DNA from: Planctomycetota bacterium
GTDB taxonomy: Bacteria > Planctomycetota > Planctomycetia > Pirellulales > Lacipirellulaceae
DNA: 62,109 bases
Assembly: GCA_003576855.1 (NCBI GenBank)
Contig: QEVI01000001.1
Location: 1-62,109, forward strand
Direction: 5' to 3'
The translations under genes were made by a program, and so were the position numbers. This document shows positions 49,552-58,546 of this stretch, one piece after another (positions within the stretch are counted from its first letter, which is position 1; each line of letters starts with the position of its first letter). Below the pieces are notes generated by a model. The model searched no databases. It was not told the DNA's origin and worked only from the letters and a program-made list of their open reading frames with translations.

Positions 49552-49644
49552 CGACGACTGCCGTGTTTTCGTGTTTCCCGCCGCGCGGGGTGCGAACGGA
49601 GGAGAATCGCAGCCGGGAGGCGCCTCGTTGCGCCCGGGCCGACG

Positions 49645-50795
49645 TTACCCGTCTGACCGCACTGGCTCGCGACGCCGCCAGCAGAGGCGGAGCCCGGCTG
49701 CAGCGGCGCAGCCCAAGGCCAGGCCGCCCGGCTCGGGTACGGCGTCAATGGAGGCGCCGGCGCCGCCGAATTGCGCTTTCCACACCGCGAGGTCGCCGGC
49801 GTCGACGTCGCCGTCGGCGTTGGCATCGCCGTCGCCCAGGGTCGCGCCGCTCATGCGGCCGAAGCCGCGCTGCCAGGCAAGCAGATCGGCGCCGTCGACG
49901 TCGCCATCGTCGTCGAAGTCGCCGGTGTCGGCTCCGGGGCCGGTGATTTCCAGACTTTTGATGTAAAAGTCCGTAGCAATCGCGTCGTTCGAGGGGCGGC
50001 CGAAGTGCAGGAACTCGATCCAGTCGATGGACCCGGCATCGGCGTTGTCCAAAGCGCCCGAGGTCGTAAAAGCTGCGCCGGGATTGTCCAGCGGCGTAGC
50101 GGTCACGGTATACGTGTCAGGGCCGGTGAGGGTGAAGTCGACGCGGACGCCCTGATCGGTGCCGGCGGCGCCCTGCGGGAACTCGGAGTGCTCGCCCGGA
50201 CCCTTGTCGACGTTGAACAGCGTGGTATTGCCAACGGTGCTGACGGTCCAGCGGCCCCAGTTCTCCATATCGGTCCAGTTGAAGAAGCTGAACGCGAAGC
50301 GGGGGAGCGGCGCGGCGCCCGGCGAGCAGCCCAGGCCCCCATAGCAAATGCTGCCGCCGCCGGTGTTGAGGCGGATCGTTTCAATGTCGAAGAAAGCCGT
50401 TTCGCTGGGCGGGTCGACCACCACGCTCAGCGTTTGGCCGACGGCTAGCGGCGACGAGAGGCCTCGCCCCACTCGAACGATGTCCTTGCCTTCGCTCAAG
50501 TAGTTCAAGCCGAGGCGCCAGGCGGTTCCCAATTGGTTGAACGGCGAACTGGAGTTGATGTCGCGAATGCCCTCCACGTGGAACGACGTGTCGTTATCGA
50601 AATTCCAGGGGAGGAAGCCGAAGCCGCCGTTGTCGCCGGCTTGCCAGCCGTCGGCATAGGGGCGGCCGTCGCGCTGTCGGCGGCCAGTTGCGCCGCATAG
50701 CAGATCGCAGAAAATGCACTCGCCGAGCCGATCGCTCCGGCGACGCAACAGACACGGACCATGCTGCGGTAAAAACGCCGCCAAGACGCCTTCAT
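49645..50795 (-). pseudogene. PEP-CTERM surface protein with a C-terminal dockerin-like pair, split by a 1-nt frameshift near 50660 (pseudogene or sequencing error)
   Basis: Signal-peptide N-terminus MKASWRRF...AADSATAA starts at 50795 (AGGAG RBS) in one frame; YADGWQAGDNGGF...VPEP continues in another; the paralog at 52072 has both in one frame. Confidence 0.8.
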
Positions 50796-51135
50796 ACTAC
50801 CTGCTCCTAACCACGGAACGTCCGCCGCGGCGGCGCGATGCGGACCGACGCGGCGAGCCGATGTCGTGTAACGGCGAAAACGAGATCTAACGGCGTGGCG
50901 ACCCCGCTCCGCGTCGGCCCGTCAAGCGAGAACGGCCGAGGACGGCCCGGGGAAGCCAGCGCGGCCTATCGGGCCGCAAGCCTCAATAAGATGCATCTGC
51001 GCGACGGCCGCGCAATGTCACCGGGATTGAGCGGTCGTCTCCCTCGGCGAGCCTGGAACGCCTCTCGCGCAGCGATCGGTCTACCATTTTGCGGCCTAAC
51101 TGATTCTATACTCCGCAACTGCCCCGAAATACGCA

Positions 51136-51161
51136 CAGGCCGGGCTGTCGAGCCCGGCCTG
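51136..51161 (-). terminator. Hairpin downstream of the PEP-CTERM gene
   Basis: CAGGCCGGGCT-GTCG-AGCCCGGCCTG 11-bp perfect stem, about 26 bp after the stop. Confidence 0.6.
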
Positions 51162-51187
51162 CAGCGCTGGTTTCGTGGCGATTCTGC

Positions 51188-52072
51188 TTAGCGGCGTCGC
51201 CTGCGGGCGACTGCCAGCGCTCCCCCTGCCCCGGCGAGCAGCATGGCCGCCGAAGCCGGTTCGGGCACAAAGGAAATCTGCATGTAGCTGGCGTAAAAAT
51301 CGGTCTCGGCGCCGGGCACGGCCGGAGCTGGGTAGTAGTCGGAGTCGGTGTTGTACAGCTCGATCTCCACCCAGTCGATCGCGCTGCCAGCCGGGCCGTC
51401 GAGGACGCCCGACTTCGTAAAGGCAGCCGCCGGATTGTCGAGCGGCGTCATCTTCAGGGTGAAGGCGTCGACGGCGGTCAGCGTCAGGTCGATTCGCAGG
51501 CCGTTGTTGGTATCGCCGTCAAATAGGGTGGAGTTGCCGCCAGTGCCGGTGGCGTACCACCGGCCATTGGTGAAGTACTCAAACGTCCCGACGGCGAGGC
51601 GGGATTGCGGCGTGCCGGCAAACACGGTGTTTCCGCCGCCGGTGTTAAACCGCACGTTGTAGCCGCGGAAGAACTGCCGTTCGGTCGGGTTATCGACCAC
51701 GACCGAGACGGTCTGTCCAACGGACAATCCGCCGGGAATCGCGCGCCCGGCCTGGGCGATGTCGGTTCCGCTGCCCGGGCCCGGCGGGGCGTCGGCGTTG
51801 AAGAGCGTCCAGGCGCGGCCTAGATCGTTGGGATCGGAGAAGATGTCGATGGTCTGGCCGACGGGCGTGTTGTAGGTGCCGGTGAAGTCCCACGGGCCCC
51901 AGCCGAAGCCGCCATTGTCGCCGGCCTGCCAACCGTCGTCGTAAGCGGCGTTGGTGGCGCTATCGGCCGCCAATAGGGCGGCGTAACTGACGGCGGACGA
52001 CCAGGCCGTGGCCGTACCGACCATGCATACCGCCCCTACGCGGCGCAAGAAGCGGCCCCAAGTCGTTCTCAT
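51188..52072 (-). CDS. PEP-CTERM surface protein (paralog of 49645-50795, lacking the dockerin-like module)
   Basis: GGAGGG RBS; signal peptide; AADSA...YDDGWQAGDNGGFGWGPW; VPEP + TM + RRRRR. Confidence 0.88.
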   Translation of the reverse strand: MRTTWGRFLRRVGAVCMVGTATAWSSAVSYAALLAADSATNAAYDDGWQAGDNGGFGWGPWDFTGTYNTPVGQTIDIFSDPNDLGRAWTLFNADAPPGPGSGTDIAQAGRAIPGGLSVGQTVSVVVDNPTERQFFRGYNVRFNTGGGNTVFAGTPQSRLAVGTFEYFTNGRWYATGTGGNSTLFDGDTNNGLRIDLTLTAVDAFTLKMTPLDNPAAAFTKSGVLDGPAGSAIDWVEIELYNTDSDYYPAPAVPGAETDFYASYMQISFVPEPASAAMLLAGAGGALAVARRRRR

Positions 52073-52404
52073 TAGACATGCCCTCCCAGTTCGACCATCA
52101 AGGAAGTAAACGGCGTTCAGCGAAGCGCTGGGGTAGATAAGGTCGCCGCCGCGCGGCGCCGCACAGGCGCCGGCGTGGTCGGCTGCCATCATTCTGCTGT
52201 CATTTAGGGGCGTTGTCACGCATTTTTGCAGATTAATGGCAAAAAACCGTCGCGCCGGTTCGCCCGCGCGGCGGGCGTGCGTCGCAACCTTTTGGCATTT
52301 GCGGGATTGCGGTCGCCTTGCAAGGATATAGGGAGCGGCGGTCGCCGAGACCTTCGGCGGCGATTCTCATCGGCCGGCGACGATCATCCTGCGAGGCGGT
52401 TCAG

Positions 52405-54003
52405 GTGGCGCCCAAAAAACATCGCCGCAGCGAGTCCAAGGCCCCGGCGGCTTCCGAACGGATGAACCGCCTCAAGGCCAAGGCCCTCGCCCAGGTCGCC
52501 GGGCAAGCCTGGGGCGCCAACCAGCGGCACACCACGATCGTGCTGCTCGCCGAGGCACTGCGACGCGAGCCGACGAACACGGAGACCATGGTGCAACTGG
52601 CGGCCGCGTACGGTCGCCAACGGTTCTACGACAAGGCGGAGGCGATCCTGTCGCGGCTGTTGGAACTGGCGCCCCGCAAGGCCCGCATCTGGCGGCAGGC
52701 AGCCCAGACCTACGCCTTGATCGATCGGCCGGAGCGGGCCGTGGAGTGTTATCGCCGCTGTTTGCAGCTTTACGGGGACAAGGCCGAGGGCGTGCCGGCG
52801 CTGGTGGAACTGGCGGCTCTGGAGGAACGGCGGCACGAGCTGGAGGCGGCTCAGGCGTCGTTGTCCGAGGCGCTGCGGCTGGCCCCGGGCCACGAGGAGG
52901 CCTTGCTGCAGCAGGCGTTTCTGTGGCGCCGCAGCGGTCGCACCACGCAGGCGGAAGTCGTGCTGCGGGACTTGGCGGGCGATCCGTCGCGAACGCCGAG
53001 CACCCGCACGCAGGCGTGGTATGAACTGGCCCAGGTGCTCGACGACGCCGAGCAATACGACGAGGCCCATCGAGCGCTGGTCGCCGCGAAGGAGATCGCG
53101 CGGAAGTTCGCCGGCGCCCATCACCGCGAAAACGAGCTGACGCTGCAGAAGAACCGCGAGATGGTCGCGCAGCTCGGTCAGGAGCACTACCAGCGGTGGC
53201 GCGCCGCGGCCCATCAGGATTCGCCGTACCGGCTAGCGATCTTGACTGGGCATCCCCGGAGCGGAACCACGCTGGTCGAACAGGTGCTCGATGGGCACGC
53301 GGAGGCGGTCTCGGCCGACGAGTTCGACGTGCTGACGCACTGGATCTACCTGCCGATTATGAGCAGGTTTCCCATCACTCAATCGGTGCTTTCGATCGTG
53401 GATCGCGTTCCACCGGCCGTTCGACAGCAGGCTCGCGCGGCCTACTGGCAGCAAACCGAGGCGATTCTCGCCGCGCCGATCGGCAGCCGGCTATTGATCG
53501 ACAAGAATCCGGCGATGACGCTGCTGCTACCGGTCGTCAACTGGGCGCTGCCCGAAGCGAAAATGCTGATCGCGCTGCGCGATCCCCGCGACGTCGTGCT
53601 GAGCTGCTTCATGCAGCGGCTGCAACCGAACCCGATCACGGTCAACTGGCTGTCGCTGGAGTCGGCCGCGGCGTTCTACGCCCAGATGATGAACACGTGG
53701 CTGGCCGTGCGGCGGTGGACCGAAGGCCAGTGGCTCCAGTTCCGCTACGAGGACGTGGTGGCCGATCTGGCGGGGCAGGCGCGGAGAATTCTGGACTTTC
53801 TCGGATTGCCGTGGAACGACCAGGTGCTGGACTTCCAAAAGCATGCCCGCGACAAGATCGTGCGGTCGCCGACTTACCAGGACGTCACCAAGCCGCTGTA
53901 TCAATCCTCCGTCGGTCGCTGGCGGCGGTACGAGAAGTACCTGGCGCCGGCGGCCAAGGCGCTTGCCCCCTTCGTCCAGGAGTTCGGATACGATGCGACG
54001 TAG
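52405..54003 (+). CDS. TPR-repeat sulfotransferase
   Basis: N-terminal TPR helices; 5'-PSB loop GHPRSGTTL; DKNP; 3'-PB RDPRDVVLS; RYEDVV; LDFLGLPW; start uncertain (GTG 52405 or ATG 52462). Confidence 0.9.
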   Translation: MAPKKHRRSESKAPAASERMNRLKAKALAQVAGQAWGANQRHTTIVLLAEALRREPTNTETMVQLAAAYGRQRFYDKAEAILSRLLELAPRKARIWRQAAQTYALIDRPERAVECYRRCLQLYGDKAEGVPALVELAALEERRHELEAAQASLSEALRLAPGHEEALLQQAFLWRRSGRTTQAEVVLRDLAGDPSRTPSTRTQAWYELAQVLDDAEQYDEAHRALVAAKEIARKFAGAHHRENELTLQKNREMVAQLGQEHYQRWRAAAHQDSPYRLAILTGHPRSGTTLVEQVLDGHAEAVSADEFDVLTHWIYLPIMSRFPITQSVLSIVDRVPPAVRQQARAAYWQQTEAILAAPIGSRLLIDKNPAMTLLLPVVNWALPEAKMLIALRDPRDVVLSCFMQRLQPNPITVNWLSLESAAAFYAQMMNTWLAVRRWTEGQWLQFRYEDVVADLAGQARRILDFLGLPWNDQVLDFQKHARDKIVRSPTYQDVTKPLYQSSVGRWRRYEKYLAPAAKALAPFVQEFGYDAT

Positions 54004-54018
54004 GCGACGCGGGCTCGC

Positions 54019-55902
54019 TCAGTCGGCCAACGTGTAGACGCCATGCCAGTGGTAGCGGTAGGCCCTGCCGTGCGTCACCAGTTCACCGTCGAGCGCGACG
54101 GCGTCGCCGGGGCGCAGCTCCGCACGCCCCATTTGCGCGGCCGGAATCTCGACCACGGCGATCAACCGGGGGATGTTATCGACGCCGGAGTAACTCTCCA
54201 CGCGCAGCCCCGGCAGGTCGGCGGCGGGCGGCTGGCCGCTGCCGAGGCGAATCGTCGCCGTGCATCGATCATCGAGCTTGAGGCGCCACAGGGCGCGGTC
54301 CTCGGCGGCGGGCGGCCCGCCGCCGTAATAGCTCCGCTCCACGGGGTCGATCGCGTACAGGCCCACGTACAGCGCTTCGCGCATCCAGCATAAGTACAAG
54401 TCGGCCAGCGGCGCGTCGCTCGCCGCGGGGACGAAGCCCCGCTCGCGGTCCCAGTGCTCCAGGCCGGTCATGTAGCCCAGCACGCCGAAGGGGTCGGCCG
54501 GCGCCGGCGGCACTCCCGCCCCGGCGTCAGGCCGTACGGCGCGGCGACGCTGGCCGAGGCGATCAAAGTCGAACTCGGCGAACACGGCCGTAAGCTCGTC
54601 GTACGGTCGATCGTCGATGTCCACCAGTCCGAAATCGTAGTCCTCGCCGTCGAAACGGCCGTGCGGCGGCTCGTCGAAATACTGGAACCACTCGACGCCG
54701 ACGACGTAGGGCTTGCTGGTCAGCTCGGCGAGCGACCTGGTCACGGCGGCCGCCCGCGCACGTTGGTCGCTAACGACCGGAAAGCCGTGGCCGGTGTTCT
54801 TGTTGCCGCTGCGGTTCTGCGCGGCGGCCATGTAGAACTCGCTCACCAGCAGGGGTTTGCCGGAGAGCCGGTGGAGAGAATCCAGGTAGCAGCGCAGAAA
54901 TCCGCCGTCGTTCCAGCTTGCGCTGAGGTTGGTAGACGCCACGTCGGCGTACTTGCCGCACGCCCGCGCCACTTCGGGATAATAGAACGACTGGTAGCGG
55001 TCGCCCAGAAAGAGGGCGTCGGGGTCATGTCGGCGGATGGTTTCGGCCATGACCTGGTAATAGCGATCGGCGGCCAGCGCCAGGAATCGCCGCATGGTGC
55101 GAATGCCGTCGCTGCCGGGGCGATGGCGCAGCCCGCCGCCGCGGCTGAGCGACTGCCAATCGCCGACGCCGTCGCTGGGAACGAAGTCTTTCGTCAGCTC
55201 GCTCCAATCGTCGTGATAGTCGCGCTTGAGCATTTCGATCAGCGCCATTCGTTGGCGGCTGTCGGGGGGCTGCTCCAAGGTGAGCCGCCAAAGTTCGGCG
55301 TTCCACCAACCCCGTTCGTTGTCGCAGTAGTAGCCGATGACCCGCGGGTCGTCGCGCCAGGGGGCGATCTCCTGGCGGGCGAGCTGGTCGATGGCCGCCA
55401 GCCGCTCTGGGTCCCACATATTCAGCCAGGGCGCCCCGCCCGCCGCCCCCAGCGGCACGACGGGCGTCATCCACAGGTCATGTTCAGCCGAGCGATGGAG
55501 CGCGTCCAGGTCGGCCCAGCCGCCAATGGTCGTGAACTGCCAGAACTTGAGCCGCTTCAAGCTGCTGTCGGCCCAGGCGTTCAGCGAGTCGTAATGGCGC
55601 AGCGCCGCGTAGGAGGGCTTCGAAGCGTCAAACGCCGCGACTGGCGTTCCGGGCGACAATACGCCCACGCCGCGGGAAAAGAACCGCCGACCTTGGGAAT
55701 CGACGAACCACCACCCGTCGGGGAAGTTCGCCACGGTCGTCGTCGCACGATTCGATGCAGTCGCGTGCCGAGACGCGGCAACGGCGGCGGCCGGTACGGG
55801 CATCTCCTTGGAGAGCGCCAGCGGCGCAAGCGCCGCAGTCCAGACCGCCACGACGACCAGGCAGACGGCCCGCAAGCAATAGCCGGTCGCATGGTGTTTC
55901 AT
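54019..55902 (-). CDS. Secreted clan GH-A glycoside hydrolase, beta-agarase/GH50-like
   Basis: Signal peptide; WWFVDSQG, FTTIGGW, DPRVIGYYCDNE (acid/base), DPDALFLGDR, KPLLVSEF (nucleophile), WFQYFDEP, GEDYDFGLVD; substrate unknown. Confidence 0.72.
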   Translation of the reverse strand: MKHHATGYCLRAVCLVVVAVWTAALAPLALSKEMPVPAAAVAASRHATASNRATTTVANFPDGWWFVDSQGRRFFSRGVGVLSPGTPVAAFDASKPSYAALRHYDSLNAWADSSLKRLKFWQFTTIGGWADLDALHRSAEHDLWMTPVVPLGAAGGAPWLNMWDPERLAAIDQLARQEIAPWRDDPRVIGYYCDNERGWWNAELWRLTLEQPPDSRQRMALIEMLKRDYHDDWSELTKDFVPSDGVGDWQSLSRGGGLRHRPGSDGIRTMRRFLALAADRYYQVMAETIRRHDPDALFLGDRYQSFYYPEVARACGKYADVASTNLSASWNDGGFLRCYLDSLHRLSGKPLLVSEFYMAAAQNRSGNKNTGHGFPVVSDQRARAAAVTRSLAELTSKPYVVGVEWFQYFDEPPHGRFDGEDYDFGLVDIDDRPYDELTAVFAEFDFDRLGQRRRAVRPDAGAGVPPAPADPFGVLGYMTGLEHWDRERGFVPAASDAPLADLYLCWMREALYVGLYAIDPVERSYYGGGPPAAEDRALWRLKLDDRCTATIRLGSGQPPAADLPGLRVESYSGVDNIPRLIAVVEIPAAQMGRAELRPGDAVALDGELVTHGRAYRYHWHGVYTLAD

Positions 55903-55974
55903 GGACTACACCCAGGCGATCTGAACATCAGGTTTGTTGGTTGAAACGCTCACCGCGACCTCTCCGCGAGACGC

Positions 55975-56616
55975 TCAGGCGTTGATCTGCAGGCTCACCA
56001 ACCGTGAAACCAAGACGGCCAGGTAAAGTTGGCCTGCCACCGCTTCAACGATCGCCACGCCCCGCGCCGCATCGCTGCGGAGTGTGATATCGCCGCAGCC
56101 GAGCGTGCCCAACGTCACGAAGCTGAAATAGATGCCGTCGGCGGCGGAGAACGTACTACTGGCCGCGGCTGCGTAGTCGAGCGAGCCGGGCGCCTGCCGC
56201 TCGAGCGTCCAGAAGAAAACGCCCAGGAAGACGCCGACGAGCAGGTACGCGTCCAACGCGGCGTACAGGTGTTCGCTATCCACGGTTCTTGCTCGTAAGG
56301 CGAACCGAAACGCGCTGGCGGCCGCCGTTAAGCCGATGATGGTCCAGACGTCGAAGGCCATGGTTGACACCGACTCGACTTCGAGCCGCGCAGCAAGGCC
56401 CCGCGTAAACACGACGGCCGCGACGAGCGCGACGAGCAAGCGGCGCTGTCCGCCGCGGGCGATTGGCGCGACGGCAGCCACCAGATTAAGCGCCAACAAC
56501 CCTTCCAGGACGCCGGCGCTCAGGCCGGCGCTTTCGAGCAGCGGACCCGCGGCAAGCGTTGCCAGGAGCGTGTAAAACAGCACGGCGTAGCGGTGGTCAG
56601 AGTACGCCCGCAGCAT
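55975..56616 (-). CDS. Potassium-channel-domain (Ion_trans_2-like) membrane protein with variant filter TLGCGD
   Basis: Multiple TM helices; IYFSFVTLGTLGCGDI pore loop; EAVAGQLYLAVLVSRLV inner helix. Confidence 0.85.
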   Translation of the reverse strand: MLRAYSDHRYAVLFYTLLATLAAGPLLESAGLSAGVLEGLLALNLVAAVAPIARGGQRRLLVALVAAVVFTRGLAARLEVESVSTMAFDVWTIIGLTAAASAFRFALRARTVDSEHLYAALDAYLLVGVFLGVFFWTLERQAPGSLDYAAAASSTFSAADGIYFSFVTLGTLGCGDITLRSDAARGVAIVEAVAGQLYLAVLVSRLVSLQINA

Positions 56617-56786
56617 GGACGATATGCCGCGCGGCGCCACCGAGTGATGTCGCCTCGTCATCGGTATCGCGGTCCCTATTCGCAGAATCGCAGGTTGGAC
56701 GGATCGAGGCGCTCGCGGCGTTTGCCCGCAAGGCCGGCAGCCCGCCGTGTCTGCGCGGCCCCGCGGTTAGCTAACTCGCCAATTCG

Positions 56787-58313
56787 TCACTCGTCGAAGC
56801 CTTCTTTAAAGGCCTTTTCCTGGTAGATGGGCAGCAGGCGGTAGTAGACTTCGAGCGTCATGCAGTTGAGCGCGGTGGCGTAGAGCCGGCCGCCCTTGTC
56901 GCGGCCATGGTCGCCTTGCCGCGGCTGCCAACTGCCGCGGGCATGGCCCTCGGCGTCGCGGGTCTCGATCAACATGTCGCGCATCTTCTTGTTCCAGCGG
57001 TCCCACATTTTGCCTTCGCCGCCGGTGTACTGAAAGACGACTTGCGTGGCGTAGTAGTTGTAATACGCATCGTTGGTCGAGGGGCCCGCGTCGGCCAGTC
57101 GCTGCACGCCGCGGCGCAGCACCGGGTGCTGGTGGTCGGTGCCCAGGTACATGCGGCACAGGAGGCCGATCGCACTGGTGGCGCCGCGGTACTCGAGCTT
57201 TTGCTGTTCGTAGGCGTAACCTTCGCCCTGGTCGACTTGCACCGAGTCGAGGAAGTAGCTGGCCTTGGCGGGCGTGACGGCCGGTACAGCCAGGCCGGCC
57301 AGAAAAGCGCTTTTCAGCGCGGCGACCTGCCATCCGGCGACGGACGTATCGCCCCGTTGCCGCGGCTCGTAGCGCCAACCGCCCCCCTGCGGGTCTTGGG
57401 CATAGCAGATGAAATTGACGGCCGCCTGCGCCGGGCCGGCGAGCCGCTCGTCGCCGGTCATTGCGTAGGCCTCGCACAGGGCCATCGCCGCGATGCCGTG
57501 CGAGTACATCTGGCCGCCGTCGTAGAACGATCCGCCGTGGCGCGTCGGCTCCATCATGGCGACCAGCGCGTCCAATCCGCGGGCCACGACTCGCCGGCGG
57601 CTGCCCTCCAGCGGCGTGTTCCCGGCGCCCAAGAACGGCAACAGCGCCAGCGCCGTGGCGCCCTTGGCGCCGTTGAGCAGCGTGCCCGCGTGGTCGCACT
57701 GGCCCTGGCACTCGCCGTAGCGATGGTCGAAGCTCCAACTGCCGTCGTCGAGTTGATGGCGAGCGAGCCAGTCGAGGGACTCTTCAACGGCCTTTTCGCT
57801 TTGGGCCGAACCGCCGGCCCGCCGGACAAGCTCGGCCCTCCCGGCGGCCGAGCGGCCGCCATACCCGCCAGCCAGGAACTCCGCAGGGCTGGTACTGGCG
57901 ACTTCGAGCAAGCCGACCTCCGCCACCAGCGGCGCTAGCGAATCGCTGGACTCGGCAATGGCCATCTCGGTGACCGAAGCCAGGTCGACGGGCGTCGCGG
58001 CGGCGGCGACGTCCGCCGACACGGTCTCAACCAGCGGCGCATCGACGTCGAGTTCCTCGGCTGCTAACTCGACGTCGAGCGGCGCGTCGTGCAGCGGGTC
58101 GTCGAGGGCTTCGGCGATGCGGGCCGTCAGCGCCAGCGGCGGCTCAACAGCAGCCGGCAGGTCGGACGCCGCCAACAGCAGCACGGCCAGCAAGTGCACC
58201 ACCAGGCTCGCCAGCCAGGACGGAATCGCGGCGGCGGGCGCCTCGCCGCTGGCGGCCGGAGACGGCGCTGGGCTGGCGACGCCGAGCGCGGCCGGGACAT
58301 CGTCCATCAGCAT
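56787..58313 (-). CDS. Prenyltransferase/squalene-oxidase-repeat (QW-repeat alpha/alpha-barrel) membrane-anchored protein
   Basis: WLASLVVHLL anchor, acidic linker, QLDDGSW, LLPFLGAG, MYSHGIA, GGWRY, GDTSV, YYNYYATQ, LEVYYR. Confidence 0.85.
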   Translation of the reverse strand: MLMDDVPAALGVASPAPSPAASGEAPAAAIPSWLASLVVHLLAVLLLAASDLPAAVEPPLALTARIAEALDDPLHDAPLDVELAAEELDVDAPLVETVSADVAAAATPVDLASVTEMAIAESSDSLAPLVAEVGLLEVASTSPAEFLAGGYGGRSAAGRAELVRRAGGSAQSEKAVEESLDWLARHQLDDGSWSFDHRYGECQGQCDHAGTLLNGAKGATALALLPFLGAGNTPLEGSRRRVVARGLDALVAMMEPTRHGGSFYDGGQMYSHGIAAMALCEAYAMTGDERLAGPAQAAVNFICYAQDPQGGGWRYEPRQRGDTSVAGWQVAALKSAFLAGLAVPAVTPAKASYFLDSVQVDQGEGYAYEQQKLEYRGATSAIGLLCRMYLGTDHQHPVLRRGVQRLADAGPSTNDAYYNYYATQVVFQYTGGEGKMWDRWNKKMRDMLIETRDAEGHARGSWQPRQGDHGRDKGGRLYATALNCMTLEVYYRLLPIYQEKAFKEGFDE

Positions 58314-58546
58314 GGGTTCGGACACGGCAGTGGCACGGCAGCGAGGAGACGCTTGCAGCGAGCGAAAAGACGCCCTCACTATCGCATGCGGTGACGGAAA
58401 AGTCTACATTCACACCACCTGCGATAGGGCCAACGAGGTTGTTCAGCCGCCGCCCCTCCGCGGAGGGCGCCGCCGACGCCGACATCGGCCCCCTTGTCAT
58501 CGCCAGGGTGATTTCTCCTCCACGCCGCGAGCTGCACAGGGCGCCG

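Noticed and set aside
49645-50784. Intact 379-aa ORF starting at 50784
   Set aside because: Its N-terminus is out-of-frame sequence; the true start is 50795 with a frameshift, as shown by the paralog
54019-55902. Firm beta-agarase assignment
   Set aside because: Motifs support a clan GH-A/GH50-like fold only; the substrate cannot be inferred
56787-58313. Squalene-hopene cyclase (shc)
   Set aside because: Single QW-repeat barrel with a membrane anchor, no DXDD catalytic motif and no hpn genes nearby
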